The notes beneath the pieces are model-generated. The model worked only from the letters and a program-made list of their open reading frames with translations, ran no database searches and was not told the DNA's origin. Source: an uncultured Alphaproteobacteria bacterium (GTDB taxonomy: Bacteria > Pseudomonadota > Alphaproteobacteria > Rhodobacterales > Rhodobacteraceae). From it: a stretch of DNA of 64,000 nucleotides. Location: positions 4,736 to 68,735 of the forward strand of contig CACGMO010000005.1 of assembly GCA_902574225.1 (NCBI GenBank), read 5' to 3'. Positions 10,667-19,274 of the stretch are shown one piece after another (positions within the stretch are counted from its first letter, which is position 1; every line of letters begins with the position of its first letter). The position numbers were made by a program, and so were the translations under genes.

Positions 10667-12711
10667 ACAGTATTTGAAAACTTTTTATAAGTTTGTTCGT
10701 CAAAGCCAAAAGATCTACCAATTAAAATGTAAAAATCGCATTGTTCGATAAATTTAAATTTTGTTAAGTCACCAATTTTAGCGCCTAAAGCACAAATGAT
10801 TTTATCATAGTCCGAATATTTACTTTTAATTTTATTTACCTCTCCAGCGGCTATCATTCCGTCTTCATCATTGAAAGATAAAATATTTTTGCCCGAAATT
10901 CCTTTCACATTGAGGTTACCATGATCAGGCTCAAAATTTTTCTGTTTACTGGCAGAGAAGGGTTTTTTACTTGGCGAAGCATCCAAACAGGCAATTTTTG
11001 AATTATCAGCCGCCAATAGATTTGCAATGGTCTCAGAAAACTCTGAAGCAAGAAGTTCAATCTCCCTTTTTTGTGAAAGATCGATAATGCAGCCAAGCTT
11101 ATCCATTTTCCTAGCATGCGAAAAAAATGATTGACCAATCACAGTTTTATCAGACCTTTCGCCCATCTGCTTTAATTGTTTGTATTTAATTAAATAACAA
11201 CTTAAATAGCCACTTATCCTTTGCAGTTGTGAAAGCGAATGGACCCTCCTCAGCGAGATTTGTCTGATTACAATGTAAGCAATACCTAAAAACATAGATA
11301 GAATAACTCCCAAAACAACTATCAGCTTTTTGTTTGGAGAAGCTTTACTAAATGGCGGCACAGCTTTGGTTAGTAAAGATGGTTGCTCAACATTAGCAAG
11401 CCCGGCCGTTAATATTTTTTCTTTCAGCTGATCCTTTAGCCCTTCAAAAATGAGCTTTTTCTTAGCAACATCAATTGCCAATTCCTGAAATCTATTCTCA
11501 ATAGACATTAGCTTCATTGTTTGCTCTTCTCGCTTACCAATCTTCTCTTCTAGAATTTGTATCTGTCGTTTTATAGTTATCAACTCCTGGCTCACAATTT
11601 TCGTTATTTCCCGGTTTATTGCGCTTGTGCCTGCAGATAAATTATTCATCTTTGATATAGCTGTAATAAAAGTCCTTGATAATACTCCCTGAACATCTGT
11701 TGACGATATAAATTTTTCGATCTTTTCTTGATTTAGCTCCTTGAGCTTTGATAAATTAAAACTTGCTTTCCTTAATTGATCTAATGATTTTTCTAGCTGG
11801 CTCAAGTTAGCAATTTCTTTATTCAACTCAGGGACAAACGGACTATCTGGGATCGACTTTTCCAAACTTAAACCAGTTGAGTTAAGGCTCTGATCAGATA
11901 TAGGGTTGATGTTCATAAGCAGAGTATTTTTAATTTTGAATTGTTGTAGTAACTTGTTGGCTTCAATGTATTCTAGCTGAGCCTCTGTAATTACTTTTGA
12001 TAGATATTCTTTTACTTTCTGAAAACTTTGGTCTCTTTTCTTTTCGTGTAGAACAAAATATTTCTCTACAATTTGATTGGCTAGATTAGCCGAAAAATTT
12101 GGGTCTCTACTCTCTATGGACAATCTATAAGCGCTACTTTCAGTACCGCCATAGGAATCGAAGGCAATTTCTAACATTCCATTCACACATCGCACTAATA
12201 AAGACGTTTTTTGGCTTTCGCTTGGAGCTCTATTCTCGGATATACCGAGTGAAATTAGTATTGACCTGAGAGAAAACCGAGAAGTTTCTTTCGATGGTAA
12301 AGGGCAGAATTCTTTAATCGTTTGGCTATCCATCTCAGAGTTATTAAAAATGACGGTTTTCAAAAAGGACTCACTTCTTAGCTCAGAGAAAAAACTATCA
12401 CCACTTCCAATGGCAGATATGCCACTTACAGCACTCAAAAACCCTAAACCTTCAATATTCTTTAATAACGAAGTACTGCCTTGCGTGTTATTGTCACTGG
12501 GTTTTTCGAAAACGGTTTCTGCTTTATATGTAGGCTCAATGTCACTAGAATACATTATGGAAATCGGAACCGAAAACACAACAAAGACCAACAAGTAAAA
12601 TTTATAAAACCAAATACTTCTAAATAATTGAGCTAAATCAATTTCGTCATTATCCACTTGTTGCTTTTCATCAAAAGACATGAATCTTTTTCCCTGTGAT
12701 CGCTTATCCAA
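10621..12711 (-). CDS. Polysaccharide co-polymerase / chain-length determinant family protein (Wzc/GumC-like), with no recognisable kinase motifs
   Basis: Wzz-like N-terminus (IDLAQLFRSIWFYKFYLLVFVV TM helix), a long coiled-coil periplasmic region and a second TM (LIVVLGVILSMFLGIAYIVI). The about 190-aa C-terminal domain has no GxxxxGK[ST] Walker A and no terminal Tyr cluster. Confidence 0.7.
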   Translation of the reverse strand: MDKRSQGKRFMSFDEKQQVDNDEIDLAQLFRSIWFYKFYLLVFVVFSVPISIMYSSDIEPTYKAETVFEKPSDNNTQGSTSLLKNIEGLGFLSAVSGISAIGSGDSFFSELRSESFLKTVIFNNSEMDSQTIKEFCPLPSKETSRFSLRSILISLGISENRAPSESQKTSLLVRCVNGMLEIAFDSYGGTESSAYRLSIESRDPNFSANLANQIVEKYFVLHEKKRDQSFQKVKEYLSKVITEAQLEYIEANKLLQQFKIKNTLLMNINPISDQSLNSTGLSLEKSIPDSPFVPELNKEIANLSQLEKSLDQLRKASFNLSKLKELNQEKIEKFISSTDVQGVLSRTFITAISKMNNLSAGTSAINREITKIVSQELITIKRQIQILEEKIGKREEQTMKLMSIENRFQELAIDVAKKKLIFEGLKDQLKEKILTAGLANVEQPSLLTKAVPPFSKASPNKKLIVVLGVILSMFLGIAYIVIRQISLRRVHSLSQLQRISGYLSCYLIKYKQLKQMGERSDKTVIGQSFFSHARKMDKLGCIIDLSQKREIELLASEFSETIANLLAADNSKIACLDASPSKKPFSASKQKNFEPDHGNLNVKGISGKNILSFNDEDGMIAAGEVNKIKSKYSDYDKIICALGAKIGDLTKFKFIEQCDFYILIGRSFGFDEQTYKKFSNTVWEKEKKCLGFFLID

Positions 12712-12990
12712 AATTTCTAAAGAGTACTTAAATGAAATAAATTAGACACTTCCAACCTCTTTAGTCATAGAGCTCATATTAACTAATACAAATTAAATTT
12801 CAATCAGGATCTCATTTCGTAAAGAAGCATACTTCCATACCTCTTTAACTTATTGTGTACAACAGGTTTTGATCAATAATTCAACAAATTACAAAAATCA
12901 AAAAAAAATTCCAAACAGGTATTCCACATTTAACTCTTTGATTAAGAACATTCTAATTTTATGATCAGCTTTAAAATTTAATCTATTGAG

Positions 12991-13019
12991 TAAAAAAAGA
13001 AGGAACCACTTAAAAGTGG
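12991..13019 (-). terminator. Candidate weak intrinsic terminator downstream of tRNA-Phe
   Basis: On the minus strand, hairpin CCACTT-TT-AAGTGG (13006-13019) is followed by TTCCTTCTTTTTTT. The stem is short and AT-rich. Confidence 0.35.
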
Positions 13020-13114
13020 TAAATCATTACTTTAAAGAACCAGTTCACTTTTGATTAAAAAAACTCAATGTCTATAACGCAATTAAATGCCATTATATGT
13101 TAGATACATTTTGA

Positions 13115-13189
<75 letters not shown>

Positions 13190-13239
13190 ACAATTCGTTT
13201 GATACCCCAAGTAGGATTATTTGTCCAATCCTAATTGGC

Positions 13240-14274
13240 TTAAATTAGAAGATTCAAAGGAATTTTGTCACGTTTACGTTCTAACTCGAAACTGCCGCCC
13301 TTTGTCCATCCCCATAGCTTAATTTTTACTCTATCTTTAGAGAAATAGTTGAGCAATTTTCTATGTATCTTTCTTCTTATGGCTTGTGAACAAGGTAGAA
13401 AATCAATCAATATTTTCCCTCCAAACCCGCATACTCTAATTATCCGAAAAATTTCGCTACATGCATTTAAGTTTATGTTTTCTTTAGTTGATTTAAAGTC
13501 AGTTCCGGAATTAACATCAATACTTACAAAAGCTTTAGTTTGTTCGAATATTAAAAAAGATCCTGTATGTAATAAAATTCTTCCATTTTTTATTTCCTCT
13601 AACTGTTCCCAAATACCCAGTTGTTCAAAAACTCCTTCATCTTCATTAACACTGTACAACTCGTTTTTATATTGATCTAAAACAACGTTTCGCGCGAGTC
13701 CGTCGTAATAGATACTATTTGAAGTCAGAGCTATCTTGATATTTTGAAAGTGAGTAATAGCTTTTTCTACTTCATGATCAAATTCTTGAAAATTAATACC
13801 AGCTGCGCTTGACCTACAAATTATAAAGAGATCATCGAAATTTTTAATTTTAGACCGCAAAACAATCGAAGCCTTGTTCTTATCAAAACTATCTGGAAAT
13901 TTTTTTGAAAAGGAATAACCACTTTTACTCATTTTTATTACAAAATATTTTGATACCGATTTCAAAACATCTGTAAACGTTTGGGGTTTGTTCGTTTCAA
14001 AAATTATTTGTGACCTTAATGCAACTAAGCTCCCTTCTTTATATTTTATTTTTGATTTCAGAAACCCCTTACCCCCGTTGGGTAACTTAACAAAATAACC
14101 TCCTATGTTGGTTGCTTTCCTATCAATATTAGCCTCTAACAAAGTATTTGGTGGATAAAAGACAGCGTCTTCAGGTGGATCGATAAAACAGTCGATAATT
14201 TGATTGCGCTGGAGTACAACTGCAGCGTGGCCAAGTCCATATCTATTAATTATTATTTCATTGTTCATTAACAC
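13240..14274 (-). CDS. rng: Ribonuclease E/G family protein (short Rng-like)
   Basis: RNase E/G catalytic signatures (VSIDVNSG, GGKILIDFL). maf-rng adjacency as in E. coli mre-maf-rng and in alphaproteobacteria. Confidence 0.8.
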   Translation of the reverse strand: MLMNNEIIINRYGLGHAAVVLQRNQIIDCFIDPPEDAVFYPPNTLLEANIDRKATNIGGYFVKLPNGGKGFLKSKIKYKEGSLVALRSQIIFETNKPQTFTDVLKSVSKYFVIKMSKSGYSFSKKFPDSFDKNKASIVLRSKIKNFDDLFIICRSSAAGINFQEFDHEVEKAITHFQNIKIALTSNSIYYDGLARNVVLDQYKNELYSVNEDEGVFEQLGIWEQLEEIKNGRILLHTGSFLIFEQTKAFVSIDVNSGTDFKSTKENINLNACSEIFRIIRVCGFGGKILIDFLPCSQAIRRKIHRKLLNYFSKDRVKIKLWGWTKGGSFELERKRDKIPLNLLI

Positions 14275-14875
14275 CTCGATAAAACCCTCTCCCTTTTAGC
14301 ACACTAACAAGTTTTGGAATTGGAAGGCCAACTACATTTGAAAAACACCCTGAAATGAAAGGAATAAAAGTTTTTGCTCTTCCTTGTATACGGTAGGCAC
14401 CAGCAGACCCCACCCACTCTCTACAAGCGATATAATCGTTAATTTCTTTTGCTGACAGCAATCTCATCTTCAGTGAAGTTTTTACTATTTTCAAGCTCAG
14501 AATACCATTATGTTTCACACAAAAAGCTGTAAAAACAGCATGTCTACGCCCGGAAAGCATGCGCAAATGACTGTATGCTACTTTTTCATCGGATGTTTTA
14601 GACAAAACACGTGACCCAGCTACCACTATCGTATCAGCGGTAATTAAATAAGGCTGCTTTTTCAGTATAATAGCATTGGCTTTTTCTTCAGCCATTCTCT
14701 TAACATAGTTAACAGGCGATTCATTTGGCTTTAAACTCTCATCAATTTCAGGTTTCTCTATAATGTCCGGAACAAGACCGATTGAAGCCAAAAGCTCTCT
14801 CCTAGCAGCACTACCTGATCCTAGAATGAGCAAATTACTTGTATCGGTAGTTAATTCGTCCCTTTGTGAGATCAT
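14258..14875 (-). CDS. maf: Maf-like nucleoside triphosphate pyrophosphatase
   Basis: [15 protein letters not shown]-terminal motif, GAYRIQG, NVVGLP. 205 aa. Confidence 0.9.
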   Translation of the reverse strand: MISQRDELTTDTSNLLILGSGSAARRELLASIGLVPDIIEKPEIDESLKPNESPVNYVKRMAEEKANAIILKKQPYLITADTIVVAGSRVLSKTSDEKVAYSHLRMLSGRRHAVFTAFCVKHNGILSLKIVKTSLKMRLLSAKEINDYIACREWVGSAGAYRIQGRAKTFIPFISGCFSNVVGLPIPKLVSVLKGRGFYRGVNEQ

Positions 14876-15053
14876 AGGGTGTCATTTCAACCTGAACTTT
14901 ATCACCAGCAAGAACTCTTATTCTATTTTTTCTCATCTTACCAGCGGTGTGCGCAATTATTTCGTGACCGTTTTCAAGTTCTACCCTAAAGGTTGCGTTT
15001 GGTAGCAACTCCTTTACCAACCCTGGAAACTCCAGCATTTCCTCTTTTGCCAT
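14835..15053 (-). CDS. infA: Translation initiation factor IF-1
   Basis: 72-aa S1-like protein [53 protein letters not shown]. Confidence 0.97.
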   Translation of the reverse strand: MAKEEMLEFPGLVKELLPNATFRVELENGHEIIAHTAGKMRKNRIRVLAGDKVQVEMTPYDLTKGRINYRYK

Positions 15054-15118
15054 TAAAACTCCAAATTCTTTATCTTTGTTATAAGTACTTTTTCTAAAAA
15101 ATAAAAGTTTTTTTCTTC

Positions 15119-15571
15119 TTAAAAGTACTCTTGAAAGCGCTTGCTAATCTTATCAAAAATAATATCCCTTGTCATTCTGTAAGAACAAAGGGTTTGGTTG
15201 ATGTCGTTTTCATTTTTTATAGGCTCATCCACGATCCAATCCTCTATCATTACACTGGAATATCTTGAATACTTATATGCTTCTTCTGAAGACTCTTTTG
15301 TTAACGGAATTATCAGGTCAAAACTTCCTATAAAACCACCCTCCTTTTCCATCTCTCTAAGCGACCTGACTCTGTGTTTGCTTAATTTTACATTGATTTC
15401 ATTGCAAACTTTGACGGTAAATCCGTCGATTTCAAGTGTATCAAATATTCCTGCAGATTGAACGAATATTTTTCTTCCAATAAGATTTTTAAAAATACCC
15501 TCAGCCATTGGCGATCTAACAGAATTGTAGTTGCAACAAAAAAGTACCGATTGAATAATTCTATTTTCCAA
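15119..15571 (-). CDS. Low-molecular-weight protein-tyrosine phosphatase / arsenate reductase-fold protein
   Basis: N-terminal CX5R(S) P-loop ([19 protein letters not shown]). 150 aa. Confidence 0.85.
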   Translation of the reverse strand: MENRIIQSVLFCCNYNSVRSPMAEGIFKNLIGRKIFVQSAGIFDTLEIDGFTVKVCNEINVKLSKHRVRSLREMEKEGGFIGSFDLIIPLTKESSEEAYKYSRYSSVMIEDWIVDEPIKNENDINQTLCSYRMTRDIIFDKISKRFQEYF

Positions 15572-15574
15572 AAT

Positions 15575-16042
15575 TTACCTCTCGTAAGTTAAGGCATAGA
15601 TCAAAGTGAAAATCCGCCGTGATGTTTCCATATCGGTATTAATCCTATTCTCTAGTCTCTCTATTATCACACGAGCTCCCTCATTATGAATTCCTTTACG
15701 GCCCATATCGATAGACTCAATCTTATCTATTGGCAGGCTTTTTACAGCATTGAAATAACTTTCACAAATTAAGTAATAGTCATTAATAATTTGCTTTAAG
15801 GGTGTGAGAGAAAAGAAAAAGGTCTTTAATATTTCGTCTTTTTTAGAGCTGATTTTAAAAACCAGCGAATTACCAGAAAGAGAAATATTTAACTTGATTT
15901 CATCATAAGCCTCAAATCCGACAACCTGAAAAAAATTAGTCTGTTCTAAATCATAGATCGCAACATTCTGTTCTTGCAAAACCTCCGGAGTAGGCAAATT
16001 AAAATCATCTTGTTCTATACTTATTGAGATAAGTTTCGACAT
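15575..16042 (-). CDS. UPF0262 family protein
   Basis: Matches my memory of alphaproteobacterial UPF0262 (AIYDL, SLTPLKQIINDYYLICESYFNAVK, IESIDMGRKGIHNEGA, SRRIFTLI) and the conserved position next to hisD. Confidence 0.85.
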   Translation of the reverse strand: MSKLISISIEQDDFNLPTPEVLQEQNVAIYDLEQTNFFQVVGFEAYDEIKLNISLSGNSLVFKISSKKDEILKTFFFSLTPLKQIINDYYLICESYFNAVKSLPIDKIESIDMGRKGIHNEGARVIIERLENRINTDMETSRRIFTLIYALTYER

Positions 16043-16051
16043 TTCACTTTC

Positions 16052-17350
16052 TTATTGAAGATCTTTAAGCCTCTCGGAAACGGAAAGAGAGTGTGCTTGA
16101 AGACCCTCAGAGTTGGCTAGCCTAACAACTGAAGGCCCGAGTTTCTTGAAACCATTCTTGTTTACTTTAGTGATGGCAACTCTTTTCATAAAGTCAAAAA
16201 CGGAGAGCGATGACGAAAATTTCGCAGTTCCGTTGGTAGGTAGCACATGGTTTGATCCCGTAATGTAATCTCCCATAGCCTCGGGAGACCAAAAACCTAG
16301 GAAAACTGATCCAGCATTTTTGATTTCGTCTAAATAACTTTCTGCATTAGCAAAACAAAGTTGTAAGTGTTCAGGTGCAATCATATTTGACACTTCAATT
16401 GCTTTATTAAAATCTGGAACAATTACAATGGCTCCAAATTTTCTCCAACTAAGTTCTGCAACTTCTTTCCGTTTTAACTTTTTCAAATAATTCTCAATTT
16501 CATTTTCTACCCTCGAGGCATATTCTTGATCATTCGTAATTAAGATTGACTGTGCATTTTTGTCATGTTCAGATTGTGCCAACAAGTCTAAAGCAGCAAG
16601 TTTCTCGGGCATAGTTTTGTCTGCGATTAATAAAACTTCTGAAGGTCCTGCCACAGAGTCGATCCCAACCCTTCCAAAAACTTGCCGCTTTGCTTCGGCA
16701 ACAAATTCATTTCCTGGACCGGTAATTTTATTAACCTTTTCAATTGTCTCGGTGCCAAACGCAAGAGCGGCAACGGCTTGAGCACCTCCCACTCGCATTA
16801 TTTTTCTAATGTTCATTACTGTTGATGTATAAAGCATCAGAGGATTGAAAGCTCCATCTGGAGTCGGTGAAGCCAAGACGATATCATTAACCCCAGCTAC
16901 CCTCGCGGGGACAATATTCATAATAGCCGAAGAAGGGTATGACGCTTTGCCACCTGGCACATAAACTCCCACTCGATCTACTGGTTTCCACACCCAACCC
17001 AGTTCAATCCCCAACTCGTCTTTCCAACTTAAATTTTGGGGCATTTGCTTTTTATGAAAATCCATAATCCTACCAATCGATAAATCTATTGCTTTTCTAT
17101 CTAGCAAATCAATTTTACCTATGCTTTCTTCAATCTCATTTGGTAGAAAAAAAATACCCGTTTTTCTCAGATCAACATTGTCAAATTTCTTTGTGTATTT
17201 TATTAGAGCAGCGTCTTTATTTATTCTTACGTCCTCAATTACTTTTGCTACAAGGCTTATTATCTCTGTATTTGGTTTTTGTCTTGTTTTTAAAAAGTCT
17301 ATGAAAATTTGATGAAAGTTCTTATCCTTATAGAAGAAAATATTTTTCAT
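16052..17350 (-). CDS. hisD: Histidinol dehydrogenase
   Basis: 432 aa with LAQSEHD, GPGNEFVAEAKR, PEHLQL, GDYITGSNHVLPT motifs. Confidence 0.96.
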   Translation of the reverse strand: MKNIFFYKDKNFHQIFIDFLKTRQKPNTEIISLVAKVIEDVRINKDAALIKYTKKFDNVDLRKTGIFFLPNEIEESIGKIDLLDRKAIDLSIGRIMDFHKKQMPQNLSWKDELGIELGWVWKPVDRVGVYVPGGKASYPSSAIMNIVPARVAGVNDIVLASPTPDGAFNPLMLYTSTVMNIRKIMRVGGAQAVAALAFGTETIEKVNKITGPGNEFVAEAKRQVFGRVGIDSVAGPSEVLLIADKTMPEKLAALDLLAQSEHDKNAQSILITNDQEYASRVENEIENYLKKLKRKEVAELSWRKFGAIVIVPDFNKAIEVSNMIAPEHLQLCFANAESYLDEIKNAGSVFLGFWSPEAMGDYITGSNHVLPTNGTAKFSSSLSVFDFMKRVAITKVNKNGFKKLGPSVVRLANSEGLQAHSLSVSERLKDLQ

Positions 17351-17353
17351 AAT

Positions 17354-18619
17354 TTAATACCTTCTTATGACCGCACCACATGAAGTGAGCTTTCCGATAA
17401 TATCCTCATAACCTCTATCTATGTGGTGCACCTTATCAATTTCGGTTTGTCCCTCAGCGACTAGACCAGCCAAAACCAATGAGACTGAAGCACGCAGATC
17501 GGTCGCTTTAACTGGAGCTCCTTTAAGTCTATCCACTCCAGATATTATGGCTTCTCGACCAGATATTTCTATATTTGCTCCCATCCTTATAAGCTCTGGC
17601 ACATGCATGAATCTATTCTCAAAAATTTGTTCCTCAATTTTCGAGACTCCATCAGCAATTGATAGTAGCGCCATCATTTGCGCTTGAAGATCAGTAGGAA
17701 ATCCTGGAAACGGTTCGGTCAAAATGTTAGTACATTTAATTGAGGAGCTATTTTCTCTTTTCACCTGTAGGTAGTCTTTGGTTTGATGTATTTCTATACC
17801 CACCTCACTAACTTTACTGATAAAATTTTCTAAGAGAGCAGTGTTTCCACCCGTTAACTTTATATCTGAATTTGTAATAGCCCCTGCGATTATAAAGGTT
17901 CCAAGCTCAATTCTATCCATTACCACACTGTGACGTGTTGTTTTCAAGTTATCAACCCCTTGTATAATTATCCGACTTTTTCCTTCACCCTCAATTTTAC
18001 AACCCATAGCTTTTAAGCATTTACATAAATCAATTATTTCTGGTTCCCTAGCGACATTTAAAAGTTCAGTAGTCCCTTTAGCTAGGACGGCTGCCATTAT
18101 AGTATTGGCTGTGGCTCCTACAGATTGAAATGGAAACTCAATTTTGCAGCCCTTCAACCTACTACCCACTTTTCCTTTCACGTAACCATTTTCTATTGAA
18201 AAACGGGCTCCAAGGGCCTCTAATGCCATTAAATGTAGATTTATAGGCCTTGCACCTATTGCACACCCTCCAGGAAGAGCAACCATGGCTTGGCCATGCC
18301 TAGCTAACAGAGGACCTAGAACCAAAATAGAAGCCCTCATTTTTTTGACAATGTCGTAGTCCGCTAGAAATAAACACTCATCAGATGTTTTTAGATTGAG
18401 GGTCTTATCTGCCTTCTGATAATGCACCACACAGCCAAGACTCCGGAGCAGTGTGTTCATCGTTTCTACATCTGTTAAGTTAGGCACATTGTTTAAAGTT
18501 AAGGCACTCTCACTCAACAGTGATGCTGGCATTAAAGTAAGACAAGAGTTTTTTGCACCAGATATCGGAATAGCTCCAGATAATTTTTTTCTACCTTCGA
18601 TAAAGATTTTTTCCTTCAA
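17354..18619 (-). CDS. murA: UDP-N-acetylglucosamine 1-carboxyvinyltransferase
   Basis: 421 aa with ISGAKNSCLTLMPASLL, LPGGCAIGARPINLH, FPGFPTDLQAQMMAL, HIDRGYE. Confidence 0.96.
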   Translation of the reverse strand: MKEKIFIEGRKKLSGAIPISGAKNSCLTLMPASLLSESALTLNNVPNLTDVETMNTLLRSLGCVVHYQKADKTLNLKTSDECLFLADYDIVKKMRASILVLGPLLARHGQAMVALPGGCAIGARPINLHLMALEALGARFSIENGYVKGKVGSRLKGCKIEFPFQSVGATANTIMAAVLAKGTTELLNVAREPEIIDLCKCLKAMGCKIEGEGKSRIIIQGVDNLKTTRHSVVMDRIELGTFIIAGAITNSDIKLTGGNTALLENFISKVSEVGIEIHQTKDYLQVKRENSSSIKCTNILTEPFPGFPTDLQAQMMALLSIADGVSKIEEQIFENRFMHVPELIRMGANIEISGREAIISGVDRLKGAPVKATDLRASVSLVLAGLVAEGQTEIDKVHHIDRGYEDIIGKLTSCGAVIRRY

Positions 18620-18630
18620 TTAAGCCTCTA

Positions 18631-18762
18631 TTAGCAATTTTTTGTTTCTTTTCTTAGTTTCATATTTTTTTTTAGAGCATTTGCTAATTTTTCTTCTCGC
18701 GTAAGCTTTTTATTTTTTTTCTGATCTTTGGTTTTTTTTGAATTTTCTTTCGTATCGCTCAC
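18631..18762 (-). CDS. Candidate 43-aa lysine-rich small protein (GTG start)
   Basis: My own translation; the ORF is too short for the track: VSDTKENSKKTKDQKKNKKLTREEKLANALKKNMKLRKETKNC*. The EEKLANALKKNMKLRK segment resembles a small basic protein (..RLAxALRxNLxRRK..) I recall next to murA in alphaproteobacteria. Confidence 0.35.
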   Translation of the reverse strand: MSDTKENSKKTKDQKKNKKLTREEKLANALKKNMKLRKETKNC

Positions 18763-18833
18763 TGCTCAAACCTTTTACTTTACAGACATGATATATGTAT
18801 ATAATACAACAAAAAAAAACTAAAGAGTTACTT

Positions 18834-18908
18834 GCTGCCGTAGCTCAGGGGTAGAGCACTCCCTTGGTAAGGGAGAGGCCGAGAGTTCAAATCTCTCCGG
18901 CAGCACCA
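18834..18908 (+). tRNA. tRNA-Thr (GGT)
   Basis: GCTGCCGTAGCTCAGGGGTAGAGCACTCCCTTGGTAAGGGAGAGGCCGAGAGTTCAAATCTCTCCGGCAGCACCA. Clean cloverleaf, anticodon loop TTGGTAA, CCA encoded. Confidence 0.95.
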
Positions 18909-18943
18909 GTATGGGCTGGCATGAAAAGTGCAGTGATCCTAAT

Positions 18944-19204
18944 ATGAAACAAATCGCACTCTTAACACTTTCTTTACTAGCCGTTTCTTGCACAGCCAAC
19001 AACCTAGACAACGATTTAGAGAAATTATTTTCAGAGGACTACTATTTAGGTGTTCCAGGGTCAAAATTATTTTATCGCACAACTAGCGCAGATACACAGG
19101 AAAAATATCACTACTCAGAATGCAAAAAAAAGTTAATGAGTGGAGATCAACTGAAGATCGAGAGCTGTGTCAGTTCGTATTGGCTGAAAGCTAAAAGTAT
19201 GTAA
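18944..19204 (+). CDS. Small putative lipoprotein (86 aa)
   Basis: The internal Met of the 18911 ORF gives MKQIALLTLSLLAVSC with lipobox LAVSC. The longer track start would overlap the tRNA flank. Confidence 0.55.
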   Translation: MKQIALLTLSLLAVSCTANNLDNDLEKLFSEDYYLGVPGSKLFYRTTSADTQEKYHYSECKKKLMSGDQLKIESCVSSYWLKAKSM

Positions 19205-19274
19205 GAAAAACTAAAGTTTTTTCTATTATTTTTTCAAATTTCGTCGAATTATATTACATAGTGATATAATTAAA

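Noticed and set aside
15119-15571. The LMW protein-tyrosine phosphatase as the Wzb partner of the Wza/Wzc-like pair 2.4 kb away.
   Set aside because: tRNA-Phe, rng, maf and infA separate it from the pair. It sits in the hisD-UPF0262-phosphatase arrangement typical of alphaproteobacteria. The Wzc-like protein also has no kinase motifs or Tyr cluster to dephosphorylate.
18820-19011. A 63-aa minus-strand ORF overlapping tRNA-Thr, and a 73-aa + strand ORF (29038-29259) overlapping tRNA-Gly.
   Set aside because: They are translations of tRNA genes and their flanks (for example ..LRQQ.. through the acceptor and T arms). The tRNA cloverleaves explain the sequence.
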